Assembly (NCBI GenBank): GCA_951406725.2
Contig: OX597815.1
Coordinates: 66,898,001 to 66,962,000, forward strand
Origin: Octopus vulgaris
Taxonomy: Eukaryota
DNA: 64,000 nt
Direction of reading: 5' to 3'
Part shown: one piece after another, positions 9,661 through 23,850 of the stretch
Position numbering within the stretch: position 1 is the stretch's first letter
Layout: the number at the start of each line of letters is the position of its first letter
The notes under the pieces: model-generated
The model's database searches: none
What the model was told of the DNA's origin: nothing
What the model saw: only the letters and a program-made list of their open reading frames with translations
Position numbers and translations under genes: made by a program

Positions 9661-12600
9661 GCGAATGCCAGGTACGGCTGTATGGTTGAGAAGCTTGCTT
9701 CCCAACCATGCAGTCTTGGGTTTAGTCCTATTGTGCAGTACCTTGGGCAAGTGTTTTCTATTATAGCCTGGAGCTGACCAAATCCTCATGAGTAGATCTG
9801 GAAAATGGAAACTAGAAGAAGCTTGTTGAGTATATATGTGTGAGTGTGTGTGTATATATATCCTTGCCTTGACATTATGTGATGGATGTAAATGAGCTCC
9901 ACCATTAAACATTTCTGTAAATGCTCATAGAAGCTGTTGATGTATGAGTAGTCACTCCACCTTATCAAAACCATGTTTCATAAACTATTAAAGAAATGTT
10001 TACTAAGCACATCATTCATTTTCCATCACTGTGACATGGCCACAATCTGTTTGATCATCTGACCTTTTGGTTTGTATTTCCTTTGGGCTACCACAAAGAG
10101 AATGTGCTCATCAATAAATGCTGCACACCAGATAAAGTGAAAGCTGTTATTTCTTTTATCTTTTACTTGTTTTAGCCATTAGATTGTGGCCAAAATGGGG
10201 CACTGTCTTGATGAGTTAAATCAAACAAATCGACCCCAGCACTTATTCTATTAGTCTCTTTCGCTATATGACAAAGTTACAGGGATGTAAACAAACCAAC
10301 ACTGATTGTCAAGTGATGCATGAACAAATACATGACAGCCTTCCATTCAGTTTTCATCTACCAAATTCATTTACAAGGCATTGGTTGGCCCTAGTTTCCA
10401 TGAAGTGGAATTGAACCTGCAACCACATGGTTGTAAGGTAAGCTTCTAAACACACAGCAACGCTTGTTATGAAATTATAGTAATATCTCAAGACAGTACA
10501 TGCAACACAGAACTTTGAAGCTAGGCTACATATACATGAACAAAACAATGAAAAGCAATTGGATGACTGAGTGAATGGTTATATGTTATGTATGTTTATA
10601 AATGGCACACATTGTTCTATAAATTTAGAATAATAAAGGTTGCTAATACCCTATATTTGCCAACATTGTATTCATTAAAAGAATATCAGGTTCCCCACCA
10701 AACCCCGAATTAATTGGATTTACAATGGATTTCAAACATACATCTTTCAATTTTTGTCTGAAACAAATACATTTTAGGCATTTTTATAACAATGTCACAT
10801 TTAACAGGGACATTTTTAACTGTATGTACACCCCAACCTTTTCCACCAACCTTATACAATATTGAGCCAATGATGGAGCTCAACCTATTAGAAATACCAG
10901 TGAAAACTCCCTCAAACCAAGCCTTACACATCATTATTGTTTTAATATCCACATTTCCATGTTTGAATGGGACAGATGGAAATTTGTTGAAGCGAATTTT
11001 CTATGGCTGGCTGCGCTTCCTATCAACCTTTACCCATTTCCCCATAACCAGATATGTTTCCATTGGACATTGGAAATGATTGGGTACCACTTGCATGATG
11101 GTGACACTTATTTATAAGTATCATGCAATGTCAAGATAAGGAGACAAACACAAACACACACACAAAATCCTTTCAGTTCTTGTACATCAAATTCACTCAC
11201 AAGGCTTTAACTGGCCTGGGGCTATAGTAGGAGACACTTGCCTAATGTGCCATGCAGTGTGGCTGAACCTAGAATCATATGGTTGGGATACTTCTTATCA
11301 TACAGCCATGACTTACAAAAACAAATTAGGTAATGTGGTTTCTGTGTTTCCTGCACGAAACAAAAGAGGGGATGGTCACTGCTGAAATATCTTTGATTAT
11401 GGATCTGCTTGATTAGGACTGTCCTGGAGCTGAACATCTGCTACAATAAATTGACACACACAAAGATGAAAATTGAAAAAAAAAAATACTTTGAAAATTT
11501 TAAGAGTGAAGAATTATGTATGTAGCAGAAACCTCCTTGAAGACTAAAGTGGGCACATACAAGTCATGACTGTTAGTGGTTGAAAATAACTCTTTAGAAA
11601 TATTAAAGCAGCAGTTGGAGATGATGGAAGAAAGTGACCAAGTTTTAAAGAGAAAAACACATGGAAAAAAAAAAAAAATTCCCCCCCTCTTCAACAAGGA
11701 TGAGTAATTTATCAAAATGTACTTAAACAGTTGGGTCATGTTGTTCATGGAGCTGAAATGATAAAACAGTCAAACAGTCATATGAATACAAAGGCAAGAA
11801 ATGATTGTTTTTTTTTTTCAACTTTGAAAACAGGAAGAGAGAAAGAAAGAGAATACCATGATATGAGGGGTAGTACAACTTCAATATAATGAATCAATGA
11901 CAAGTACTATAATGAAAGAACATACAAAAAGCAGTTTTTTTTACTGGGAATCTGTCAACTAAAACTAAGTCATGCTTTGAAGGTGATAGCATTGCTACAT
12001 AACATTACTAGTTTACAGCGTGGATGATACATTTTAGCCATTCAAAAACACACAGACTTAACTTCACTTAAACATTGTTTAACATCAAAATTTTTGTTGC
12101 AACAATTGCAACTAGGTCTACATACATACGTACACATCGGTAAACTAATATACACATACACACAAGCGAACAAAGAAGCCTCTAACATGCTAACTGCTAG
12201 AAATAGCAGTCAAAATCTCCCTAGAATCATACTTTATCACCTTATAACAAATAGTACATAGGACAACGAGGCTTTTAAGGTGCATCGCACCAAGAACAAA
12301 GACAGGATGGTTATGGTTGGAATGCTTTTGATCATAAGCTTGTTTCAATCATAGGGCTAGACCTGGAGGATAAATTACAACATATATAGCTTAAAATAGT
12401 TTTTGAAGGTTTATATGTGGATAAAAATAACACCATATTATGTGTTAAGTTTAGAAAATTGCTTGTAAATTCCCATATCTTTTAAATCAGATTTGTATCC
12501 ATTTCCTTTTCAACTAATGCACATCTTGTATGTTCAGAGAAGGGGCACACACGTAAGCCTTAAAGAAGGGAGACACACAGAACTGCAGCATGAAGAAAAG

Positions 12601-13395
12601 ATAGAGAAGCAGTAAGAAAATAATACAAGAGTGGGTGAGAATGATTATGTGTGTGTGTATTGTATATATTGATGATAAGGATGTATACGTATATCTTCAT
12701 CCAGATTAAATGAACACTAATACTAAATTTCCCATCCTATACATTCTATTAGCTTGGATTTTGTATGGAGTGCTGACTGAGGTACTTGACTAGATTTCCT
12801 AAACCTCTTTATCTCTCTGATATATATACAGAGGAAGAGAGAGAGATGATGATGATGAGGAAGATATAAATTCGGGGAGGGAAACAAATAGATGGAGACA
12901 TTATCAGATACAGAAGGACAGCAAATAATAGAGAAAGAGAGAGAGAGAGGAGAGATAGAAATGCAATGTAAAAAAAAAGGGGGGAGGGGCATATAGAGGG
13001 GCAACAATGCAGAGATAAGGATAATATATTTTTATTTTAAATTTGCCTAATAACAAGGATGTTAAATCAGTATTCCTAAATCATGTACATGAACATTTAT
13101 ATGGAAAAAATAGGGATCTGTTGTGTGTGTGTGTGTGTGTGTGTATGAGAGAGAGAGAGAAGGGGGAGGAAGAGAGCGATATGTATCTGGAAAAATACAA
13201 GAGGAGCGAAATGAGGCAGGCAAGAAGAGTTAAGTTAGTGACAGTGTTTTCTGGTAATCCTCTTGTCTAAACTGCTACAGGTTGCAGACCGGAGAAAGGA
13301 GTAACTCACAGAAGGGAGCTCTGTTGATGACAAAAGGTGGAGAGGAATGAAAGATGAAAAAATTTCAAACAGATGAGTAAAGGAAGAGAAAAGTT

Positions 13396-13429
<34 letters not shown>

Positions 13430-16400
13430 ACTCAAGGATGGAACCAGGAGATTTATCTTGAAATTAAATATTCACACATGTGATAGATTTAAGAGAACAT
13501 TACCCTTCTCACATAGTATGTATGTGTATGTGTGCGCACGCACGCAAGCATGCATTTTGGTTAGTATTTCTAGCAAGGGATGGGTAAACTACTTATGTGG
13601 CTCATAAGCACATTAACAGAAATAGTTGAATGCGAACTAAATAACTTGCCTCATTACATATAGTGTTGTCCTTTTAGTTTCAAATTTTCTAAGGGACAAA
13701 AACAAACTGATTCTTAGTCAACTGCAGATGGTGAAGAATTCCACCAAATAACAGCAATAAATCTGACATGTTATTTCAAATTTATTTTAAATTTCAAAAA
13801 GATGGACATTCAATGAGGAAAGAAAGACTTTGTCATTTAAATTCATTCAGGAAACAGAACCCCTATGAATCTGGCTAAGTAAATCATCTAAGTATCCATA
13901 TACAATTATCATGACATTGAATTTAAATATTCTTCACACAAGTGATAGATTTAAGAGAACAATACTTTTGTAATGCAGCCTGTGTATGTGTGTATATATA
14001 TAGACACACACACACACACACACACACATATAGACACACACAGAGATACAGACACACGCACGCACATACAGATACACACACATTCATTTAGTGTTGATTG
14101 CCTGAAAAAGAGTGGTTGATGCCATGGTAGAGATTAGTATGTTATTTTGGTTGAGCCAATCTCTTGTTACTTTGTTTTGCCTGTGGGTGCATCATTCCTT
14201 CAGTCATAACTTGCTTGAAAACCCTGTGTGTCCGGAGGTGAGACTCAGAATAGCAAGGACTGACTCAACCAAAATAAAGTATGTATGTAAAGTATTAGGG
14301 TTGTAGAAGGTGTGTGTTGTGAGTTCACTGACAATCCTATAGCCGAAACGCACCACAGAAAACTTAGAACGACTTATATTAGATCTGAACATGTTGTGCC
14401 TCACATATGAAGTAATCACAGATTCAAGACACACATGGGATAATGCCATCTATGTAATAAAGCTTACCTAACTCCTCAAGTGGGGGTTATGGGAAAATGA
14501 ACAGTAAGACAATGGTTGCAGTGACTGATAGCGAGCTGGGTGCAAACAAAATAGACATACATATACATACAACGTAAAATGTGTAGTTTTGTGACTGTTT
14601 AACACTCTCTGACCTAACGTGGGAGACTAGCAGTGCTTTCACAGATATGTACTCCAACATGTAATGAATGTGTGTGTATGTGTATATATATTGTAGTGGA
14701 CTATGACATGACAGAAAAATTAAAAATAAAAGAAAAATAGCTGCACACAATGGCTTTCTAAAGACACGTTTGGACAAGAGGTAAAATGTTGCAGGAGAAG
14801 CAGACTAAAAAACAAAAACAAAACAAAACAAAAAAAAAAAAAACATCCAACAATCAAACAACCTACCTTGCTTTGATTGCTAACAGAGGTACATGATCTT
14901 TTAACCAGTCCATTATGGTGTGTTCCTTATTCACTCCAATTCAGCCCATACTAAACAAGGAAGCCAGAAACACAGGCATGAGTAATCCCACCACGATGGG
15001 AAGTGATGGTGGCAGGGTGAGGATGGTGATGATGGAAGTGGTGGTGATAAGGGGGAGGAGGGCGTAGTTGTAGTAGTAGTGTTTTAAAAAAAGAAATAGA
15101 AATTTAGAAGAGATAAGAAAACAGTGCGAAGGAAGTAAAAAAAAAACTGTTGCTGTTATTGAACTATGAAGAAGGGATGGGATGGATAATCGCAAATAGA
15201 TATATTTAGACGACGATTATTATTGTTATTACTAACAGGTTTGTGTGACCGGTGCTAGTTAAATAAAAGAAATGAGAGGAGAGAGAGAGAGAGAGAGACG
15301 CTAATAGAGAATAGTGAGGACAGGACAACCAGCAAGAGGAAATATGGCCTGTGTATGAGAATAAAAAAAAAGTTACTAATAAAGAGAGAAGTGACACTAA
15401 TCAATCAATCAGAGAGAAAGAGAGAGATAAAGAGAGAGGGAGAGATGGATTTATATAAAAATGAAACTAATAAAGGCAGAAAACATTTGGTGTAGTAGCA
15501 TTTCTACTGGATTAACACCAGTATGGTCTTGGTGTGGTGAATTACATGAAAGATGCTGCTAAAGTTTGATCAAGGCAGAAAATTTATCAAAAAGCTGATA
15601 GTGAGGAGACAAGCCGGTTTCCAGACAACAAATCCAGGCTTTGGATTGGTGTTCATAATAAACCAGCCAGACTAACTGACAGCAAGCCAGTTGTTTGCAG
15701 CTAGTTTTCTGTTCAACACGCACACACCAACCTAAAAGCTCCAATAACAGGAACCACACACCTGGTGCAGTAGATCAAATATGCAAACAATTTCACTGGC
15801 AATCTGGTACCGGTTGCCAAGCTACATTTATAACAGAAATATTGATGCTAATAAATAAATAAATAAATAAATACCAATTAATCAATAGTTCAAAAATAAA
15901 CATGTTAGGACTAAGTATGTTGTTATCGTTTTCTATTTAATAGTTTACTGTAAAGAAAGAAAACTCAACTTCCAACGCGCAGATCAATAAAAGAAGAATA
16001 AAAAAAAAATACAGACTTTTTTTAAAAAACTGCATATGAGGAAAAAAAAGAGAAAAACTCAAAGTAGCTAATTCATTCTATAAAAAATATTTAAAATTTT
16101 TAAATGTAGTTAATTTTAATTACTATTCCCACAGTGACTCTGTACAAGTTTAATTAGGAAACTAGAGAGGACAAAATCAGCTCTACTTATGTAAGAATAA
16201 TTATGGAACTCAGATGTATTTACCAAGAGAGTTTGAATATGTTTACGGTATTGGCAATTAAGTATCTGTAAGCATTTAAATCCAATTAAATAAATTAAAG
16301 ATCATAATGCCAGTAATGTAAAACCAATTTGTAATATGATAGGATGACATATATACAGGTTTAGAGAGATATAGAGGAGCAACAAATTAACTTTCTTATG

Positions 16401-19400
16401 AATGAAACATACCTTAAATTCCATGACAGTCTGCAGTGAAATTAAATATTGTTATTGAAAATTAAGAAAAAACGATGAAGAAAATAGGTAATTTGCTGCT
16501 AAACAATCAAGAAAGAAAAAAAAAAGGGGATATAAATTATCATCTAATTAATCAAAGTATCACCATCACCACCTACCAAGAAGTTGCAATTATCAATAAG
16601 CATGAGAGTGATTGAGCAAAAATATTGAGCTAAATAAAAACTCACTATCTAAAATATATTATTTATTGATCACACTGATGGAAATTTATGCTTTTGTTTA
16701 CAAGACAAATATGTAAATCGTCTCATTGCAGTAGTTAATTACTTGATTTTTAGGTTAAGTAGCCTTATTGAATATCTTTGCCTTTCCTATAATAAAATTC
16801 GAGAACTTTATTTAGCAGGAAAATTATAGATATAAAACCCCTAAAAATAAGAGGAAAATCTCATATATTTGTAAAATTATGCCAGGTGTTAAAAAAAAAA
16901 AAAGATATCTTAGATCTTGACCTTGTTAAAGATTAGGTGGTAATTTGAACCAACTAAGATTTTGAGTTACACAACAGATGCCTAGTAAGATGAATCAGTA
17001 ACAGAGTGAAACTCCAGCTTCCAGCAAACGACTAAGATGTGTTAACAGCTCTCATTCTCTTCTGGTTACCTCCCCCCACCACTCGCGAGTATTATCAAAA
17101 TCAAATGCACTTAAAAAAAGGTGTGACAAAAAATTTTAAAGAGAAATAAGCAAAATATGATTAGAGTATGAACAGTGTCCAGTTGTAAATATCATGTTTG
17201 CATAGGCCAGATGGAATTTGCTGAAGAAGAGTTTCTATGTTTGGATGTCTTTCCTGCTGCCAACCAACACCTATTTCCAAGTAAGGTAATATTCCCCAAG
17301 TGATTCAAATATGAGCAGTACAATAACCAGACATTTCATGGAAGATTACAAACAAATGACATGCTTGTATGATGGTGATGTTCAATTACTAACACTGTAA
17401 TAAGTTGTAAATGAGCAATACCATCAAATGGTGTCATTCTTTTTCAATCCTATGAAAACATTTGGCCATGGGGGAAATAACTTTCTCATAAACAGGCGAA
17501 GGTTGGCAATAGGAAGGGCAACTGGCCGTAGAAAATCTGCCTCAACAAATTCTGAGCCATGCAAGCAAGGAAAAGTGGATGTTAAAATTATGCACACACT
17601 TGACCGGCTTCTTTCAGTTTCCCTCAACCAAATCCATTCACAAGGCTTTGGTTGGTATGTTGCTACAGTGGAAGACACTTGCCCAATATGTTGCACAATA
17701 GAACTAAACCTGAAACTATGTGGTTGTGGAGACAGCTTCTTAACTACACAGCTATGCTTGTGCCTTCAAAGTTGAATACACACACACAAGTGGTTGAACA
17801 AACAAAAGTAGCACTCAAGTTCATATTTAATGATGTAGACAGGTTTTGTACCTACAAAACTTTAATGTTGGAGCTAATTTAACTAGTTATGAAATAGACA
17901 CACAAAATTATCAAAAGCATATCTTGTATCTGCTTTTCTATGGTGGCAGAACAAAGGTTTTATATAATGAAAGTGCCTTCAGCAATGGAGTAGAGAAAAG
18001 TAGGTATAAGAAGGTGGTAATTCTTAGTTCTATACTTCAAGTAATTCTTGACATATTTGCATTTCCTGAACACCTCTGATTTGGTGTTTAGAGGCATTCA
18101 TTAAGTAATTTTTTGTAAGATTTTATCCTCTGCATTGCATATAACACATTTAACCTCCATTTCAGTTGGGTTTAGCTCTTTCAATGGTTTTTTTTCCATT
18201 CAAAGCTTTTCTTTTTTTTCCCTTGTAATAGCCAAATGTAGTCAGATTTTTTGTAGTTTCTTTATTCTATATCTAAAAGATGTATGATAAAATTTTTGCT
18301 TAAATTTGCCTTCCATCATGCTTTAAAACTGAAAGTGCTAAGAAGTGTAGATGATATTGACAAGCTCTTCAATCTTGGTAGATCCAAAAGCAAAAATTAA
18401 AGCTACAATGCCATTGATAAACTTCTAATAAATGATCACAGCATTGTTGTAAACTCTATTTAGATAGCAGTCAACAGATGGCTTTCCTAAATAGTGGCTT
18501 CAAAGAACAGAATATCTATACTTCATTCACCCAAGCCAAAGGGTTCAAGAACAGACCTCAAAAATAATTTGGCCTTTCAAGGTAGTGAAATGGACACTGA
18601 ATTTGGATGACAGTGATACCTTAAAAGAAACTAAGTAAACAAGTTCTGTTAAATGAGTATTGTTAGTGTGTATCAATGAGAGAGCACAAATGAATTGAGA
18701 GAAAACAAATGTAGTGCGCAAAACAGAGGAGTGTACTGGTATGAGCATGAAATACATTAGGAAGATGAGTGATAAATGAAGTATGATGTAATCCAAATGG
18801 AAGCAGTCATGAGAAGAAATGGTGAAAGCTAATCTCAAGGAGGCTGGACCTTATGAAAGAGATGATAAAAGCTGATAAATGGTGAGATGATGTGATAGAG
18901 ACAGTCCCTCAGACTCATTCATGCTAGGGATTTCTCTGACAGGACTGATGAGAAATATTTCAATATAATTATATTAGTTGGCATTTTCTCATTTCTTCAC
19001 ATTCTTGGTTACTAATACCAGATTTTATTCAAAACTTTACCAGTTACACTCACTAGCTAACTCATCTACTTATCTCTTCCTGTAGATTCTACTCTGATGT
19101 GGTTATGTGCAACACTTGATACCTCTGATTACTTCAAAATATCCATTTGGCTAATCTTCATTTAGCTTATCCTCTTGTAAGTTTATGATACATTACACAT
19201 CCATTTCTAGATAGACCAAACCCTTTAACTTTATTACTAAACAAGTTTCACAATGTAAGTATATAACATTCCCCAGAGAGATTAAGGATATACTTTTATA
19301 TTGAGAGATATAAGCAGAACTAGGTCCTTTGGCCAATTCCATCTCCAAGACACTCCCACCACCACCAATCATTTCTCTAGCTGCAGATTTTCCTTGATAC

Positions 19401-21471
19401 TACCAATCTTTCTCACTATCCAGGACCATTTCACTTGAAAGCTATCCTTCATACTGTCCTCTGCCTACATTTTACATTGCATCTCCCCTGCTACCAAATC
19501 ATTTCACCTTCTCTACAATTACACATCTCTCAATATTCCCATGCACTACACCTACCCTTCTCTCTCTCTCCCCCCTTACACTTTTTCAGCCTACTCAATC
19601 ACTTATCTTTCTACCTTTCATCTGTCCACAATATCAACACTATTCTGCTGATCTTCACTCCCATAAACTTCATCCCTTATCCACCATTCATTATATTCAC
19701 CCCTGAACCCAATTAAATCTCTGCAGTTGTCACCTACTCTTCCCTGGCTCCCCTACTTATTATACAGTCAACATTTGTTCTTCATTCACTGCCTCCCCCA
19801 TTCCCATCTCTTACCCTTCCATACATACTTGCAACCTCCACCCACCCACCCAAATTTCCAGTTCTTCAGTCCCTATTCACTTCAATTTACCATGGGTTTA
19901 TTGTAAGGGTTGACAGATAACTCATCACTATTATTTTTATATCTTCCACACTCCACCCTGATCCCACCTTCATCTCTAAAATGTGAGTAGCTATGTGGTC
20001 CTCCCTACAGCAAGAAACTTGCTCTGCTCTGGTTCTTTCTTTTATATTTTAACCCTTCATCTAACATAAGGCCACTTCTCTTGAAGTTGTTGTCTTGCAA
20101 GCTGCATAGCAATCTCATCAATGCTGAGAAAAGCACTGAGTACATGCTGTAATGTAGTGCTAGGAAGGGCATCCAGCCATTGAAACCATTCCAGCATAAG
20201 TCAAGAATGTTAAATGATGATATGAGTGAGAGAAGGATAGTTGGTTTGTTGAGAAGCTCCATTAGCCTTTTTTTTTTCTTTTTATAGATTGCATTTGTTT
20301 ATTTTCTTCCCTCAAACAATTGTGTTTGTAATTAGTAAAAATTATTTAGAGCAACTTGTGAAAACTAGATATAGCTAGTTTTTGTGAACAATGCAATTAT
20401 TGGATTGCCAACAATGATACTATTTCATATGACACTGCTTCCTGTTTTTAAAAAAAGAGGAGGGAGGAGGAGCGTGGTGGATATTGTTTTTGAGACTGAG
20501 AAGTATTTTTCTTTAAAATGTGTTGTAAATACAATTTACTAAATGAAACAATATATCCTGAAAGATCTTATTTTACTAAGTATTACAAAATGAGTCATAA
20601 GCAGTAACTAGAAAATGATTTGAATAAACTGAACAATCTCTCATCATTGTCACAAACAACAGGAATGCTGGAACAGCTGTATGATAAACACTTAAGAGTA
20701 GCTGTTAAGTATATACAATACAAATGCACAGTTCCTACTTGTGTCCAAATATGGAAGTGGTTAAATATGAATTGTGGGACTTCAATAAAATACTAATTTT
20801 TTGCTTTAATATTATCAAAGAACAAGTAGTAAATTTAGATAAAGTTAATGTTTAAATAAACATGAAGATCAATAAAAATAATTCAACACAAAAGTAAACA
20901 AAAAAATAAAAACAAAATCTAAGCCAATCCCAAACTAATGAAGCAGAGAAATTAACAGTTGTATTTTTATATAAGTGGTGCTAGAGATCCTAACAGTTGT
21001 GTACACAAACACACACACACAATTTTAGCATGGTTCCTGCGCCAAGATGACATCCAAATTTGTGATGGGCTCCATATCTTTAGGTACAAGTATGGTTGTG
21101 TGGTAAGAAGTTTGCTTCCCAATCCCATGGTTCTGGGTTCAGTCCCACTGCATAGCACCTTAGGCAAGTCTTCTACTGTAGCTTTGGGCTGACCAGAGCC
21201 TTGTGAGTGGATTTGGTATGTGAAAACTGAAAGAAGCCTGTTATATATAAACAAAATATGGGGGTTTAGTTCACAGGTTATCTAAACGACAAGGTACACT
21301 AGGTAAGTGTTGTAACAGATTACTCGGGCTCCAGGGTTATAGCTGACATGGTAGTTATGGAGCCACTGTAGATATCCTATATAGCAGATATGTAATTGTT
21401 AAAGAGGAGAACAAACGTTAAGGGAAGACAAATATCTCAAGTCATATATGTTATTATTGGAAAAATACAAA

Positions 21472-21527
21472 GTCTTACAGCTGTTTCTGGGATATCCCAG
21501 AGTATGAGATATTCCATCATCAGAAAC
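21472..21527 (-). ncRNA. minimal type I hammerhead ribozyme motif
   Basis: GTTT-CTGATGA-TGGAATAT..ATATCCCA-GAAA-CAGCTG-TA-AGAC: canonical core, palindromic stem III, GTA cleavage triplet. Confidence 0.7.
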
Positions 21528-21799
21528 AAATAGGAAAAATAAGGGTATAGATTAATGAAATGACAACATAGAGGGCAGGAGAAAAGAAATAAGGAGAAGA
21601 AGAAAGAAGAGAGAAACATAAAAGTTCACAGTTCATGGATTTACACAGAATTACACCTAAGGATTTATGGACTTTTACACAATTGGAAAGTTGAACTGAA
21701 CTTTTATGCTTCTCTCTTCTCTTTCATTTCCTCATTCCTTTTCTCTTGCCCTCTATGTCGTCATTTCATTAATCTATACCCTGCTCATTTTCCTTATTT

Positions 21800-21855
21800 G
21801 TCTCCGATGATGGAATATGCCATACTCTGGGATATCCCAGAAACAGCTGTAAAAC
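21800..21855 (+). ncRNA. hammerhead motif, second arm (CCGATGA variant)
   Basis: GTCT-CCGATGA-TGGAATAT..ATATCCCA-GAAA-CAGCTG-TA-AAAC. Confidence 0.6.
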
Positions 21856-22509
21856 TGTATTTTCCCAATAATAATAATATATATGACTTGAGATGTTTGT
21901 CTTGCCTTAAATGTTTGTTGTCCTCTTTAACAATTATATATGTGTGTGTGCGTGTGTTTGTCCCCACCACTGCTTGACAACTGGTGTTGGTTTGTTTATT
22001 ATGTCTATAACTTAGTGGTTCATCAAAGATTGACAGAATAAATGCCAGGCTTGAAAAAAAAAGTACTGGGGCCCCAATTCATTCAATTAAAAATTCTTCA
22101 AGGTGGTGTCCCAACATAGCCAACATGACTAAAACAAGATAAAAAAAAAACGTTCATTACAAACTTTTGGTAATGCTTGTACAATGACACACAGTAACCC
22201 CTGGACCCAGCTGGAGCAAGTGTTCATGACTGGATTACAGTTTATGTGCATATGTGAACACAAGTAACATGTTGTTTGAATTTCTACTTCGCAAACATTC
22301 TGTTTTGGAATATCTCTACAACTATTACAGCTTAGGTTTCATGCTCTTCAGTTAATATTCTTCATTCTTTTTTTTTTAATATTAAACGCATGTTTTGTTA
22401 ACAATTGCTTTGCAATACTTCATCTTCTGGCTGCTTGCTTTAATCTTTATATTCTGAACTACTGCATGCTTTGTCAGTGTTCTACTAAGAATTAGTATTT
22501 CATTATTAG

Positions 22510-23185
22510 GCATACCAACTTTCTTCACAACTTCCAGAAAAATGGATACTTTTTAATGACATTTTCTACAAAATATGCTTTAGATGGTGTAGATTCTCAT
22601 TACATTGGAATTTGTGAAAAATTTCCATTTGTGGGTAGGAGTTTTGGAAAGTTTACACAAGCCACTTTTTGTTATTGAATAACTTTCAGAAAAAAGGGCC
22701 TTTTTTTTGTAAAATTTTCTACAAATGCCTTCTTTCAGTGTGTAAATTATGATTATATCAGAATCTAATATGAAAAAAAAAAAAAAAAAAAAAAATAGTG
22801 GGCTAGCACACATACATACTGACACACATTACATATCTACAAAATGAAACTTGAAATTTCCAAAAATATTGTGATGCATGTCCATATGTACATGTGCATG
22901 CTCACCATTTTTCTTTTATCAAATTGCAATACAATTGTGAATTACACACTTTGAAAGGTACTTGTAGAAAATTTCATTTAAAAATACTCATTTTCCTGAA
23001 AGTTATCAGGAAGCAAAATCAATTTGGTTGAATTTTCTGACCAAACCCAACACCCAAAAACATTTTTTCACACCAAGTTCTGATGTAATCAGAATCTACA
23101 CCATATGAAATGCTTTTGTAGAAAATTTCATAAAAAAGTATTAATTTTTCTGAAGGTTATGAAGAAACAAAGTTGGTGGGGCACA
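22510..23185. mobile_element. foldback-type MITE with long modular inverted repeats
   Basis: 22510-22625 is inverted at 23060-23185; the same unit (AACTTTCAGAAAAA..ATTTTCTACAAA..GTGTA) recurs at 22680-22770 and inverted at 22935-23010. Confidence 0.65.
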
Positions 23186-23494
23186 TTTGTGTAGGTTTGG
23201 TCATTGCTTTAACATTATATTAAGATTACATTGCTATTAAATAAATATCCTTATATCAGCTTGCTTTGCTTTACTTTCATTTTGTATGTAACAATATTTG
23301 ATTATATAACTGCATGTTATAATAAGATGGGCTCAATTTTTCACTACACATAAATGTAGATAGGATAATGGTATTTACGATGATAGTGTTCAGTAAGAAT
23401 ATGCATTGTATCAAAAATGTATTGAAGTGTGTGTGTGTAAATAAATTTATAGACAGTACTTAGTAATTTTTCATTGCTTTATAAATGCACATAA

Positions 23495-23850
23495 AGGCAC
23501 AGAAGTGGCTGAGGTAAGTAGCTTGCTTACCAACCACATAATTTTGGGTTCAGTTCTACTGCGTGGCACCTTGGGCAAGTGTCTTCTATTATAGCCTTGG
23601 GCCAACCAAAGCCTTGTGAGTAGATTTGGTAGACGGAAACTGAAAGATTCCTGTTATATATATATGTATGCATTTCCTGTCCTTCCAACATTGCTAGACA
23701 ACTGATGCTGGTGTGTTTACGTCCCCGTAAGAGTGACCAATAGAATAAGTACTAGACTTACAAAGAATAAGTCCTGGGGTCGATTTGCTTAACTAAAGGC
23801 GGTGCTCCAGCATGGCTGCAGTCAAATAGCTGAAACAAGTAAAAGAATAA
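23495..23850 (+). mobile_element. tRNA-derived SINE, dominant family
   Basis: full head-to-tail similarity to 8656-9057. Confidence 0.8.

Larger units (their letters stand above)
21251..21941. mobile_element. Penelope-derived pseudo-LTR remnant, head-to-head inverted repeat
   Basis: arms 21388-21635 and 21692-21941 are diverged reverse complements, each with a hammerhead motif; inserted in TA repeats. Confidence 0.75.
21084..22143 (+). mobile_element. tRNA-derived SINE split by a nested insertion at its internal (TA)n
   Basis: head 21084-21250 and tail 21941-22143 are colinear with other SINE copies. Confidence 0.75.

Noticed and set aside
10030-10110. WP..SDL..FG-like Tc1/mariner motif
   Set aside because: Too short and degenerate to delimit an element
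11317-11440. Possible minus-strand exon (MFSSRTVLIKQ..)
   Set aside because: The apparent GTAAGT donor coincides with a mutated SINE head and the peptide has no recognisable homology
17081-17090. ACTCGCGAGT CpG palindrome resembling a promoter motif
   Set aside because: Single 10-mer with no CpG-rich context
19430-19990. Pyrimidine-rich tract with a 93-aa ORF
   Set aside because: Compositional ORF with no domain or splice support
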